This document shows, in pieces, positions 31,199 through 40,814 of a DNA stretch of 48,886 bases. Numbering within the stretch: the stretch's first letter is position 1; every line of letters starts with the position of its first letter. A program made the position numbers and the translations under genes. The DNA comes from Candidatus Nanopelagicales bacterium (GTDB taxonomy: Bacteria > Actinomycetota > Actinomycetes > S36-B12), in the NCBI GenBank assembly GCA_030728405.1, contig JANQZS010000099.1, forward strand, positions 15,281 to 64,166, in the 5' to 3' direction. A model generated the notes under the pieces. The model saw nothing but the letters and a program-made list of their open reading frames with translations. It was not told the DNA's origin and ran no database searches.

Positions 31199-31765
31199 AT
31201 CAGCGTCGAACCACGCATCAACGACCGGATTCGCGTCCCGGAGGTCCGACTTGTCGGTCCTGCGGGCGAGCAGGTGGGAATCGTGCGCATCGAAGATGCG
31301 TTGCGATTGGCAGCAGAAGCAGATCTTGACCTAGTCGAGGTAGCTCCGCTGGCAAAGCCACCTGTATGCAAATTGATGGACTTCGGAAAGTTCAAGTACG
31401 AAGCAGCCCTCAAGGAGCGCGAATCTCGCCGGAATCAGACGCATACCGTCATCAAAGAGATGAAACTGCGTCCGAAGATTGACTCGCATGATTACGAGAC
31501 CAAAAAAGGTCACGTGGAGCGGTTTTTGCGGGCAGGCGACAAGGTCAAGATCACGATCATGTTTCGTGGTCGTGAGCAGAGCAGGCCTGAACTTGGACTG
31601 CGACTTCTCGGCAGACTTGCAGAGGATGTCCAGGAACTTGGCTTCGTAGAAGCCACGCCCAAGCAAGATGGCCGAAACATGCTCATGGTGCTGGCACCTC
31701 ATCGACGCAAGACCGCTAAAGATGGCCTCGCACCTACTGAGGATGAACAACGCGAAACCGCTTAA
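31199..31765 (+). CDS. infC: Translation initiation factor IF-3 (non-canonical ATC start)
   Basis: AAGGAGG-CGCC-ATC; [35 protein letters not shown] and KE.KLRPKID.HDY.TK. Confidence 0.95.
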   Translation: MSVEPRINDRIRVPEVRLVGPAGEQVGIVRIEDALRLAAEADLDLVEVAPLAKPPVCKLMDFGKFKYEAALKERESRRNQTHTVIKEMKLRPKIDSHDYETKKGHVERFLRAGDKVKITIMFRGREQSRPELGLRLLGRLAEDVQELGFVEATPKQDGRNMLMVLAPHRRKTAKDGLAPTEDEQRETA

Positions 31766-31835
31766 CCACCGTTAGGCGCACATCCAGAAACTTCCGATCT
31801 GAAAGCGGATCGGCCGAAAGCAAGGACACGAAGAG

Positions 31836-32030
31836 ATGCCGAAGCAAAAGACCCATAGCGGCGCCAAGAAGCGCTTCAAAGTGACGGGATCAGGCAAGGT
31901 CACCCACGAGCAGGCCAATCGTCGTCACCTCATGGAGGTCAAGTCGAGCAAGCGCACCCGCAAGCTCATGTCCGATGAGGTCGTGTCCAAGGCCGACATC
32001 AAGAAGGTCAACAGGCTGCTTGGTCGCTAA
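31836..32030 (+). CDS. rpmI: 50S ribosomal protein L35
   Basis: [21 protein letters not shown]. Confidence 0.98.
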   Translation: MPKQKTHSGAKKRFKVTGSGKVTHEQANRRHLMEVKSSKRTRKLMSDEVVSKADIKKVNRLLGR

Positions 32031-32112
32031 GCGCGCCCGTGTGAGTCGTCCCCGTTTTTCCCACGATTTTTAATGGATCCTGCACCGGATCCCGCACGAT
32101 GAGGAGATAGCC

Positions 32113-32481
32113 ATGGCACGCGTCAAGCGCGCAGTAAATGCACAGAAGAAGCGTCGCGAGATGCTCGAGCGGGCTTCGGGTTACCGCGGCCAGCGTTCGC
32201 GTCTCTACCGAAAGGCCAAGGAGCAGGTAACGCACTCGCTCGTCTATGCCTACGCAGATCGACGTGCCCGCAAGGGTGACTTTCGCCGGCTCTGGATCCA
32301 GCGCATCAACGCTGGTGCCCGCGCGCATGGCATGACCTACAACCGCTTCATCCAGGGCCTTAAGGCTGCTGGTGTTGAGGTGGACCGTCGCATGCTCGCT
32401 GAACTCGCAGTGAACGATCAGGCCGCATTCGCGACCCTGGTCGATCTCTCGCGTGCCTCGCTCCCAGCAAACGCAGCCTGA
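32113..32481 (+). CDS. rplT: 50S ribosomal protein L20
   Basis: MARVKRAV...[11 protein letters not shown]...[15 protein letters not shown]. Confidence 0.98.
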   Translation: MARVKRAVNAQKKRREMLERASGYRGQRSRLYRKAKEQVTHSLVYAYADRRARKGDFRRLWIQRINAGARAHGMTYNRFIQGLKAAGVEVDRRMLAELAVNDQAAFATLVDLSRASLPANAA

Positions 32482-32488
32482 CTCTTCC

Positions 32489-33295
32489 GTGGCTGAGCGC
32501 GAACTCAGTTCACGTTCGTCGGATCACGTCCGCTACCTGCGCAGTCTGCATAACCGAGCAGGTCGGAGTGATCACGCACGACTTCTGGTCGAGGGCCCTG
32601 CCGCTCTCACGCTTTTGCTAGGCGATTCTCGGCCAGTCGAGGTGTTTGATGTGCTCCTTGAGCACGGCCGACACCCGGCTTTGGAGCGGTTGGTCCACGA
32701 ACACAACGACAACATTTCGTGGATCACCGAAGAGGTTTCTCGTGCGCTGAGTGAGACGGAAAACCCGCAGGGTGCCTTCGCCGAAATCGCACTCCCGCAC
32801 TTCGACGTTGCAGAAATCATGACGGGGCCAGGTCCAGTCATCATTTGTGATGGGATCGGGGATCCCGGTAACGCCGGAACCATCATGCGAACCAGTCACG
32901 CAGTCGGTGCTTCCGGCGTCATCTTTCTGGCAGGGTGTGTCGACCCGTTCAACGGCAAGGCCGTGCGTAGTGCTGCGGGGTCGGCGCTGTGCATTCCTAT
33001 CGCCTCAGGATGTTCTTGGCTCGAGGTCCTGGAAGCGGCTCGAGCATCAGGGCGCCCGCTCTGGGCACTGACCGCGCATGGTGAGACAGATGTGATCACG
33101 GCCGCAGCCAGCCGAGTCCCCGGCGACATGGCTTTGGGTTGGATCGTCGGCTCTGAAGCACACGGACTATCACCCGAGGTTGAAGCTGCTGCCGATCTAC
33201 GCGTCTCCATTCCCATGCCGGGCGGGGCGGAATCACTCAACGCCGCTATGGCACTTGGCATCTCGGTCTATCTGGAGCTCGCCGCGAGAAGGTGA
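32489..33295 (+). CDS. TrmH/SpoU-family RNA 2'-O-methyltransferase
   Basis: LVEG, SETENPQG, DPGNAGT.MR, D..N.KAVRSAAG, GSEAHGL and IPM.G.AESLN; usual position after rplT; start estimated at GTG 32489. Confidence 0.92.
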   Translation: MAERELSSRSSDHVRYLRSLHNRAGRSDHARLLVEGPAALTLLLGDSRPVEVFDVLLEHGRHPALERLVHEHNDNISWITEEVSRALSETENPQGAFAEIALPHFDVAEIMTGPGPVIICDGIGDPGNAGTIMRTSHAVGASGVIFLAGCVDPFNGKAVRSAAGSALCIPIASGCSWLEVLEAARASGRPLWALTAHGETDVITAAASRVPGDMALGWIVGSEAHGLSPEVEAAADLRVSIPMPGGAESLNAAMALGISVYLELAARR

Positions 33296-33396
33296 CGCAC
33301 CGCCCACCAACACACCTTGTGTGAGGCCACGGATCTGGTCGGGAGAGTGAAAGACTGAACGTGCACAGTGAGCGTGGATTTCGAGGAGGAGCTGGC

Positions 33397-34212
33397 ATGA
33401 GTTACATCGAGTTGCCGATCATGCAGGAGACGGGCTACGTCGTGGTCGATCAATATGACCAAGCTGCCGATCCCGCTGAGTGGGAAGACCTCATCTACGT
33501 TGACTGGAAATCATCCGGGGATACCCGATTTGCCCCCTTGGCAAGCGCCTATGGCGACATCGAGTGCAACGGTTTCTGGAATCACACCCCGCCAAAAACC
33601 GATAAAGATGGCGTCTGGGTCACAGAGAATGTCGCGATTGCTCCTCACCTCACTGAGCGCGCGATGGAACCGGGTGCAAACGTCGGCCGTTGTCGCGTCA
33701 TTGAACTTAAACCAAATACCTACGGCGAGGCCCTCTACAACTTGCATCGCGATGACAACAACCGGCTCAATCCCGAGGGCACCGGATGGATTGTGCGGGG
33801 CTTTTTCAACCTGACCGACGATGCCGATTCGGTCATGATCCTGCGCTCGGACAAGGATGATCCGTCCACTGAAATGCGTATCTCGCTGCCCGCTGGCCAG
33901 CAGATCGTGATCGACACCCAGCGTTTTTACCACGCTGTGTGGCATCCAGGAGACAAAGTTCGTTACTGCCTGATCACCTCGTGGGAGTCCGGTCCGGAGT
34001 TGCAGGCCTGGATGGATGCGCGCCATCCGGTCTCGTCGATCCCGAACCATCCGATTGATCCCACGGTTCAGGCCGAGGGGGAGAAGTTGGCTGCGGACAA
34101 GCGTGCAGCGCGTGCGGCGGCTTTGGCGGCCGAGGGTAAAGATCCGCGTTTCGGAGATGGGTCGATGGCCCTCGCGGAGTCCGAAACCATGGAAGTACTG
34201 TCAGAAGCCTGA
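33397..34212 (+). CDS. Uncharacterised protein, probable Fe(II)/2-oxoglutarate dioxygenase (AspH / beta-hydroxylase-like double-stranded beta-helix)
   Basis: Strong SD GAGGAG before ATG 33397; 271 aa; pattern R.R...L.P...LH117-R-D119...R...NL...G..I.ID....H179AV.H.G...R189Y.LI. Confidence 0.65.
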   Translation: MSYIELPIMQETGYVVVDQYDQAADPAEWEDLIYVDWKSSGDTRFAPLASAYGDIECNGFWNHTPPKTDKDGVWVTENVAIAPHLTERAMEPGANVGRCRVIELKPNTYGEALYNLHRDDNNRLNPEGTGWIVRGFFNLTDDADSVMILRSDKDDPSTEMRISLPAGQQIVIDTQRFYHAVWHPGDKVRYCLITSWESGPELQAWMDARHPVSSIPNHPIDPTVQAEGEKLAADKRAARAAALAAEGKDPRFGDGSMALAESETMEVLSEA

Positions 34213-34246
34213 TCCCGCGAATTACCCCGTTCTCAAGGAGTATCTG

Positions 34247-35182
34247 GTGTCACCTGTGAACTCAAGCGCTCCGACCGTGCCCTACAGCGCTGTCCTGGAC
34301 GAGCTCGAGGCCGAGGCCATCCACATCTATCGGGAGACCGCGGCGGCATTTAAGAACCCGGTCCTGCTCTACAGCATCGGCAAAGACTCCTCGGTGCTTC
34401 TGCACTTGGCCATTAAGGCCTTCGCGCCGGCGCCGGTCCCGTTCCCGCTCATGCACATCGACACCGGCTGGAAGTTCCGGGAGATGATCGAATTCCGCGA
34501 TCGTCGGGCCGCGGAACTGGGCCTGGATCTGCGCATCGCGCAGAATGCGGCGGCGGTCGCCGAGGGAGTGACCCCCTTCACCCACGGCACCCACGAGTAC
34601 ACCCGGCTTATGAAGACGGTCGCTCTGCGCGAGGGCATCGATCGGTATGGCTTCGATGCGGCCATCGGCGGTGCCCGCCGGGATGAGGAACGCAGTCGAG
34701 CCAAGGAGCGCATCTTCAGCCTGCGCGAGCCCGGGCATCAATGGGATCCGCGCAAACAGCGCCCAGAGTTCTGGCGTACGGCCAACACGCAACTCTCACC
34801 CGGTCAGAGCATGCGGGTCTTCCCGCTGTCCAACTGGACCGAGCTCGACATCTGGAAGTACATCCAGCGGGAAAACATCGAGATCCCTGATCTCTACTTC
34901 GCCAAACCGCGCCCTGTAGTCGATCGCGACGGAATGTGGATCATGGTCGACGACGACCGCTTCCCACTGCTCGAGGGAGAGGTGCCGCAGATGCGGTCGG
35001 TGCGATTCCGCACGCTGGGTTGCTACCCCCTCTCTGGCGCGGTCGAGTCGACAGCCGACACCATGGTGCAACTGGTCGAGGAGATGGCTGGGTCCAAGTA
35101 CTCAGAGCGCTCCGGCCGCCTCATTGATGGAGAAGGCGGCTCGGAGTCCATGGAAGGCAAGAAGAAGGAGGGCTATTTCTAG
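34247..35182 (+). CDS. cysD: Sulfate adenylyltransferase subunit 2
   Basis: [21 protein letters not shown]-loop, [33 protein letters not shown] and KKKEGYF; GTG 34247 after AAGGAG. Confidence 0.97.
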   Translation: MSPVNSSAPTVPYSAVLDELEAEAIHIYRETAAAFKNPVLLYSIGKDSSVLLHLAIKAFAPAPVPFPLMHIDTGWKFREMIEFRDRRAAELGLDLRIAQNAAAVAEGVTPFTHGTHEYTRLMKTVALREGIDRYGFDAAIGGARRDEERSRAKERIFSLREPGHQWDPRKQRPEFWRTANTQLSPGQSMRVFPLSNWTELDIWKYIQRENIEIPDLYFAKPRPVVDRDGMWIMVDDDRFPLLEGEVPQMRSVRFRTLGCYPLSGAVESTADTMVQLVEEMAGSKYSERSGRLIDGEGGSESMEGKKKEGYF

Positions 35183-37071
35183 TGGCTGGCAATAGTGCTC
35201 TTACTCCCGTATTGCATTTGGTGACTTGTGGCTCAGTCGACGACGGCAAATCCACCCTCATCGGACGTCTCCTTGCAGAAACTGATTCGATCCCCATCGA
35301 CACCTTGGAGTACGCAAAGCGCACCAGGCGCGGTGGATCCACGATTCCTGTGGGCGAGATCGACTATTCACTTCTGACTGACGGTCTTGAAGCCGAGCGC
35401 GAGCAAGGCATCACCATTGACGTTGCATACCGGCACATGAACCTGCCAAACGGGCGCCGAGTTCTCGTTGCCGATTCGCCCGGACATGAGCAGTACACCC
35501 GCAACATGGCGGTAGCAGCATCCAATGGCGACGTGTCGATCTTGATGGTAGACGCGGCCCGAGGGGTCCGGCCACAAACCCATCGGCATCTCACCATCAG
35601 CGCTTTGATGGGTGTGAAAACAATCATCGTGGCTGTAAACAAAATGGATCTCGTGAACTACGACCATGCGACCTTCGAAGAAATCGTGGGAACAGTTCGG
35701 GCCACGGCAGCACGGCTCGACGTTGCAGAGGTCATCGCCATCCCGGTGAGTGCCTTCACCGGAGACAACATCACTGCACCGAGCGCATCGATGCCTTGGT
35801 ACACAGGTCCCACTCTGCTTGGCGCTCTCGAGGAATGGGAGCCAGTCGATACCCGCGCAGGTGCAGCCACGGTGGCCACCCCATTCCGATTCCCGGTGCA
35901 GTTCATTGTGCGTGCCGAAGGAAATTTCCGCGGTTACGCCGGAACTGTTGTATCTGGATCAATTCGACCGGGCGACACAGTGGTCATTGCCGATTCGGGC
36001 CGAAAAGCCAAAGTCGATCGGATAGTTACCTACGATCTCCACACCGATGGACACATCGCCGATCTCCCAGTTGCCGTGACTGGTGCTGCAGTGACATTGA
36101 CACTTGATCATGAGGTCGACGTCACCCGTGGAGATGTAATCGCTGGGATTGACAGCCATGTGGTGGAGCCAGCCGATCGGTTCTCCGTCGATATGGTCTG
36201 GCTGGGTGAAGAGCCCCTAGCCCATGGCCGTTCATACCTTCTTGTTTCGGGATCGCGCTCCGTCCCCGCAACTGTTACCAACGTTCGTCATCGACTTGAT
36301 GTGGTGTCGGGTCACGAGCATGCTGCTCGCGTGCTTTCCATGAACGACATTGGTCGAGTTGAAGTTGCCACAGACAAGCCCATGCCGATGGATCCCTATG
36401 CGCTGTGCCGTGACACCGGTGGCTTCTTGCTGGTTGATCGGGTGACCTCAGACACAGTTGCTGCCGGGCTCGTCCGTCACGCTATGCGCCGCTCCACAAA
36501 TGTGGTGCGGCACGAGTACGTCGTAGATAGCGACGCGCGTAAATTGCTGATGGGTCACGATGCAAAGGTGGTGTGGCTCACGGGACTTTCGGGAGCTGGA
36601 AAGTCCACCATTGCTGATGCCGCCGTGAAGCAACTTCACGCACTTGGCGTGCATACCTTCATTCTCGACGGCGACAACGTCCGGCACGGGCTGAACAAGG
36701 ATCTCGGCTTCACTCCTGAGGACCGCGCCGAAAATGTTAGGCGCGTCGCTGAGGTGAGTCGTCTCATGGTAGACGCCGGGCTCGTGGTGTTCGTCGCTTT
36801 AGTCTCACCTTTCGTCACCGATCGCCGTGCTGCCCGGGAACAATTTGCGCCAGGGCAGTTCATCGAGGTATTTGTCGACACCCCGCTGAACGTGGTCACC
36901 GCACGCGATACCAAGGGCTTGTACGCGAAGGCTGCCCAGGGAACCTTGCCGAACCTGACTGGGGTGGGCCAGGAGTATGAACCACCCGTGTCACCAGAAC
37001 TGATCCTTCGCGGCGACGGCGATCTCGATGAATCAGTTGCCGAACTCGTACGCGTCATCTTGGGGGAGTAG
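35182..37071 (+). CDS. cysNC: Fused sulfate adenylyltransferase subunit 1 / adenylyl-sulfate kinase (CysNC)
   Basis: GTPase motifs TCGSVDDGKSTLIGRLL, EREQGITIDVAYR, DSPGH and NKMD; C-terminal APS kinase WLTGLSGAGKST, LDGDNVRHGL and KGLY.KA. Confidence 0.96.
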   Translation: MAGNSALTPVLHLVTCGSVDDGKSTLIGRLLAETDSIPIDTLEYAKRTRRGGSTIPVGEIDYSLLTDGLEAEREQGITIDVAYRHMNLPNGRRVLVADSPGHEQYTRNMAVAASNGDVSILMVDAARGVRPQTHRHLTISALMGVKTIIVAVNKMDLVNYDHATFEEIVGTVRATAARLDVAEVIAIPVSAFTGDNITAPSASMPWYTGPTLLGALEEWEPVDTRAGAATVATPFRFPVQFIVRAEGNFRGYAGTVVSGSIRPGDTVVIADSGRKAKVDRIVTYDLHTDGHIADLPVAVTGAAVTLTLDHEVDVTRGDVIAGIDSHVVEPADRFSVDMVWLGEEPLAHGRSYLLVSGSRSVPATVTNVRHRLDVVSGHEHAARVLSMNDIGRVEVATDKPMPMDPYALCRDTGGFLLVDRVTSDTVAAGLVRHAMRRSTNVVRHEYVVDSDARKLLMGHDAKVVWLTGLSGAGKSTIADAAVKQLHALGVHTFILDGDNVRHGLNKDLGFTPEDRAENVRRVAEVSRLMVDAGLVVFVALVSPFVTDRRAAREQFAPGQFIEVFVDTPLNVVTARDTKGLYAKAAQGTLPNLTGVGQEYEPPVSPELILRGDGDLDESVAELVRVILGE

Positions 37072-37074
37072 CAC

Positions 37075-38184
37075 GTGTCAGCGCCCAACTCATCATTCGA
37101 TCCCAAACAGGTCTCAGCTCTGGGAGAAGATGCCGTCAATCAGATGGTGGCGGCGGCATTGGTTGATATTGCTGGAGCGGCTGATCTTGCGGCGCTGAAA
37201 GAGGTTCGACTTGCGCACGCCGGTGATCGGTCACCCTTAGCGCTCGCCAACCGCGAGATCGGTGCATTGCCACCTGCTGCAAAAGTTGAAGTTGGCAAGC
37301 GGGTGGGTGAGGCTCGGGCGCGCATCAAGGACGCGCTTACCTCTCGCGAAGAAGTCTTGCAGCGCCAAAGGGACGAAGAAGTTTTGGTCGCCGAAGCTGT
37401 TGACGTCACCGTTCCAACAACTCGTCGCTCGCTAGGTGGACGCCATCCGCTCACCACGCTGATGGAGGCGATGGCCGACGTGTTCATCGCAATGGGTTAT
37501 TCGGTTGCCGAGGGACCAGAACTTGAAGCTGAATGGGTGAATTTCGACGCACTCAACGTGCCGGCGGATCATCCGGCGCGCACGATGCAAGACACCTTCT
37601 ACGTGACTTCGCAAGACAGCGGTGCGGTGCTTCGCACGCAAACCTCGCCCATCCAGATTCGCGCGATGCTCTCGCGTGAACTGCCCATCCACGTCGTAGC
37701 TCCCGGACGGGTGTACAGAACTGACGAGCTCGACGCGACCCACACCCCCGTCTTCCATCAGATCGAAGGCCTTGCGGTCGATGAGGGTTTAACTATGGCG
37801 GACCTCAAGGGAACCTTGGATCATCTTGCTGAACAGATGTTCGGCGCTGGCATCGTCACGAGGTTGCGGCCCTCATACTTCCCGTTCACCGAGCCAAGTG
37901 CTGAAGTGGATTTGGAGTGCTTTGTGTGTCGCGGTGAATCAGTGGGAAATCCTGAGCGCCCGTGTCGCACCTGCGGCAGCGAAGGTTGGATCGAATGGGG
38001 TGGCTGCGGGATGGTCAATCCGCGGGTGCTGCGTTCTGTTGGGATTGATGCAGACGTGTATTCAGGCTTCGCGTTCGGAATGGGTATTGAGCGCACGCTG
38101 ATGTTCCGCAACGGAGTTACGGATATGCACGACATGGTCGAGGGCGATCTGAGATTCACCAGAGCTTTCGGAGTTGAGGCCTGA
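37075..38184 (+). CDS. pheS: Phenylalanine-tRNA ligase alpha subunit
   Basis: MSAPN.SFDP, NFDALN...[35 protein letters not shown] and [10 protein letters not shown]. Confidence 0.98.
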   Translation: MSAPNSSFDPKQVSALGEDAVNQMVAAALVDIAGAADLAALKEVRLAHAGDRSPLALANREIGALPPAAKVEVGKRVGEARARIKDALTSREEVLQRQRDEEVLVAEAVDVTVPTTRRSLGGRHPLTTLMEAMADVFIAMGYSVAEGPELEAEWVNFDALNVPADHPARTMQDTFYVTSQDSGAVLRTQTSPIQIRAMLSRELPIHVVAPGRVYRTDELDATHTPVFHQIEGLAVDEGLTMADLKGTLDHLAEQMFGAGIVTRLRPSYFPFTEPSAEVDLECFVCRGESVGNPERPCRTCGSEGWIEWGGCGMVNPRVLRSVGIDADVYSGFAFGMGIERTLMFRNGVTDMHDMVEGDLRFTRAFGVEA

Positions 38185-40697
38185 TGTTGATTTCTGCCAG
38201 TTGGCTCAGGGAACTCACCGGTGTCGATGCAAGTGGTCGTGACATTGCAGCTCGACTCATTGCTGCCGGCCTTGAAGTGGAAGGCGTGCACGTTGTCGGT
38301 GAGGGATTGACCGGCGCCCTAGTTGTCGGTCGGGTTCTTGAAATCGAGGAATTGACCGAGTTCAAGAAGCCGATCCGGTTCTGTCAGGTTGAAGTTGGAG
38401 CGGAAAACGGCGAGGGCAGCACGGGTGTGCGCGGCATCATCTGCGGTGCCCGCAACTTCAACGTTGGTGATCTCGTGGCGGTAGCGCTGCCCGGCACCGT
38501 ACTGCCCGGTGGCTTTCAGATCGCTTCGCGTGAAACGTACGGCCGACTTTCCGATGGAATGATTTGCTCGGAGCGCGAGATGGGCCTGGGCGATGACCAC
38601 GATGGCATTCTGGTTCTCACTCCCGACTCTGCAAACCCGGGCGATGACGTTCGTCCAATTCTGGGTATTGGCGATCAGGTCCTTGATATCGCTGTCACAC
38701 CCGATCGCGGTTATGCGCTCTCAGCTCGCGGCATCGCCCGAGAGGTCGCCATTGCCTATGGCGTTGCTTTCGTTGATCCCGTTGACCTAGCCCCGGATCT
38801 GCCAGCGCCTTCTGCCAGAGCGGTTCCCGTGGAATGCGGCAGCGATGATTTCTCCGCGTGCGACCTGTTCACTCTTTCCACAGTGCTGGGCTTTGACCCA
38901 AGTGCGCGCACGCCGCAATGGATGCGCAACCGACTTCGGGATTGCGGCATGCGCTCAGTCTCACTCGCCGTCGACATCACCAATTACGTGCTGCTCGAAC
39001 TTGGTCAGCCGCTCCATGCTTTCGACGTGGACCGTTTGCAGGGCGCAGTCATCGCGGGCCGTCCAGCTGAGGGGGAGCTGTTCACCACTCTGGATCACGT
39101 TGAGCGCGCTCTGGTTGCAGATGATCTGGTGATTCGTGATGACCGCGGCGCTATCGGTCTTGCTGGCGTGATGGGCGGCCTTGACGCTGAGATTTCAGAC
39201 ACCACCACCAACATCGCGCTTGAGTCTGCGCACTTTTCTGAAACAGTGATAGCGCGTAGTTCTCGTCGGTACCGACTTTCCAGTGAGGCCTCGAGGCGAT
39301 TCGAACGCGGTGTGGATCGCACCCTTGCTCCTTACGCTGCTGCTCGAGCCATGGCGCTTCTCCTTGAACTTGGTGGCGGTGAATATGTGGGGATGACTGC
39401 CGTTGAGGCACCGATGACAGAGACGGTCATTGAGATAGACGCGGACCTTCCCGCCCGCGTTGCTGGTATGTCTATTGATTCGCAGAGATCTATTGAGTTG
39501 CTTCGCGCGGTTGGCTGCGTAGTCACTGAGGTGGCCAATGCTGGCAACTCACTCCGTGTGGTGCCGCCCACCTGGCGTCCGGATCTCACTGACCCAGCCG
39601 ATCTTGTGGAAGAGGTCCTCCGACTCATCGGTTATGAGAATCTGCCGAGCACTCTGCCGGTAGCTCCTGCAGGCACCGGGCTCACGACGTCCCAGCGCAT
39701 TCGTCGCCGGGTGGGAACAACCCTTGCTCATCATGGCTTTGTCGAAGTCTTGACCTACCCGTTCGTAGGTCCAGAGGATCTTCGGCAGCTGCGTATCCCG
39801 GATTCGGATCCGCGTCGCGCGATGCCCGAGCTTGCTAATCCGCTCTCTGATGAAGCACCGTGGATGCGAAGTGCACTGCTCTTCACCTTGCTTCCAGCTG
39901 CGCGGCGCAATATCGGCCGTGGGCATTCCTCCGTCCAGATTTTCGAACTTGGCTCGGTGTTCTTGGGTGAGGTGTCCAACAACGCGATCCCCTCGATGGG
40001 TGTTGATCAGCGACCCACCGCTGAACAGTGGAGTGCACTTGAGTCGGCTCTTCCACATCAACCATTGCATTGCGCTGGTGTGTTGGCTGGTGAAATTGAG
40101 AACAGCAGTTGGTGGGGCGCTGGCCGCGTCAGCGATTGGTCTGATGCCGTTGAGGCTGCGCGCGAGATCGCAGAAGTGTGTGGGGTTGAACTATGTGCAC
40201 GCAACGGAAACGATCCCATGTTCCATCCCGGCAGGTGCGCTGAGCTGTTCATCAACGACGCCGTTGGTGAACCGATCGTGATCGGCTATGCCGGTGAGTT
40301 GCACCCGACCGTGTCTGAGGATTTCGGGCTGCCAACCAGATCCTGTGCATTTGAGGTTGACCTCGATCAGATCATCGCGGCTGCCCCGGCGGTTCGACCT
40401 GCTCCAGTTTTTTCCACTCACCCCGTCGCCAAGGAAGATTTAGCGCTTGTTGTTGATGCCAGTGTGGAGGCAGCCGCCGTGGAGCAGGCCCTGCGTGAGG
40501 GTGCCGGCCCGCTACTGGAGTCCATCCGCCTCTTCGACGTCTACACGGGTCCACAGGTGGGTGAGGGCAAGAAGTCACTGGCCTTCGCGTTGCGCCTGCG
40601 CGCCAACGACCGCACCCTCTCTGCTGAGGAGACCGCTGCCGTTCGTCAGGCTGCGATCGCAGCAGCAGAGGCAGCCTGCGGCGCAACACTGCGATAG
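38184..40697 (+). CDS. pheT: Phenylalanine-tRNA ligase beta subunit
   Basis: SWLRE, ICGARN, SDGMICS..E, TPDRGY, GQPLHAFD, SEAS.RFERG, PTWRPDL and the FDX-ACB domain FDVYTG. Confidence 0.98.
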   Translation: MLISASWLRELTGVDASGRDIAARLIAAGLEVEGVHVVGEGLTGALVVGRVLEIEELTEFKKPIRFCQVEVGAENGEGSTGVRGIICGARNFNVGDLVAVALPGTVLPGGFQIASRETYGRLSDGMICSEREMGLGDDHDGILVLTPDSANPGDDVRPILGIGDQVLDIAVTPDRGYALSARGIAREVAIAYGVAFVDPVDLAPDLPAPSARAVPVECGSDDFSACDLFTLSTVLGFDPSARTPQWMRNRLRDCGMRSVSLAVDITNYVLLELGQPLHAFDVDRLQGAVIAGRPAEGELFTTLDHVERALVADDLVIRDDRGAIGLAGVMGGLDAEISDTTTNIALESAHFSETVIARSSRRYRLSSEASRRFERGVDRTLAPYAAARAMALLLELGGGEYVGMTAVEAPMTETVIEIDADLPARVAGMSIDSQRSIELLRAVGCVVTEVANAGNSLRVVPPTWRPDLTDPADLVEEVLRLIGYENLPSTLPVAPAGTGLTTSQRIRRRVGTTLAHHGFVEVLTYPFVGPEDLRQLRIPDSDPRRAMPELANPLSDEAPWMRSALLFTLLPAARRNIGRGHSSVQIFELGSVFLGEVSNNAIPSMGVDQRPTAEQWSALESALPHQPLHCAGVLAGEIENSSWWGAGRVSDWSDAVEAAREIAEVCGVELCARNGNDPMFHPGRCAELFINDAVGEPIVIGYAGELHPTVSEDFGLPTRSCAFEVDLDQIIAAAPAVRPAPVFSTHPVAKEDLALVVDASVEAAAVEQALREGAGPLLESIRLFDVYTGPQVGEGKKSLAFALRLRANDRTLSAEETAAVRQAAIAAAEAACGATLR

Positions 40698-40779
40698 AGC
40701 ACTCTTCGCAGGAACACATTTCGGACGACAGGCGAGCCAACCAATGGCACGAGCTACTCGGCTAATGGGGAGCACTGTT

Positions 40780-40814
40780 TTTACTTTTTATGCGTGTATG
40801 CGTATAATTAGGGA
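40780..40814 (+). promoter_or_regulatory. SigA-type promoter of the arg operon (leaderless argC) with probable degenerate ARG box(es)
   Basis: TTTACT (40780-40785), 17-nt spacer, TATAAT (40803-40808), 6 nt, ATG; AT-rich tract with repeated ATGCGT resembling ARG-box half sites; argR is in the operon. Confidence 0.7.

Noticed and set aside
30994-31413. N-terminal 140 codons of the 253-aa minus-strand ORF and the upstream extension of the infC ORF (31079-31198)
   Set aside because: These are open-frame extensions across the leader and antisense to infC. Homology to DUF1844 begins at ATG 30993 and to IF3 at ATC 31199.
33296-33396. Possible riboswitch upstream of the oxygenase-cysDNC block (CACAC-CTT-GTGTG hairpin, GGAGAG...GAAAG reminiscent of a glycine aptamer, CCACG/CGTGG pairing)
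   Set aside because: It lacks the rest of any aptamer consensus I recognise (no CTCTCAGG, no SAM core), and about 100 nt must also hold a promoter and SD. A covariance search would be needed.
33296-37074. Oxygenase-cysDNC block as a mobile element
   Set aside because: No integrase, transposase, tRNA target or flanking repeats seen, and the block abuts pheS with a 3-nt gap.
37918-37974. CxxC...CxxC insertion in PheS (CFVCRG...PCRTC)
   Set aside because: A known feature of PheS in many actinobacteria and other bacteria, so not novel.
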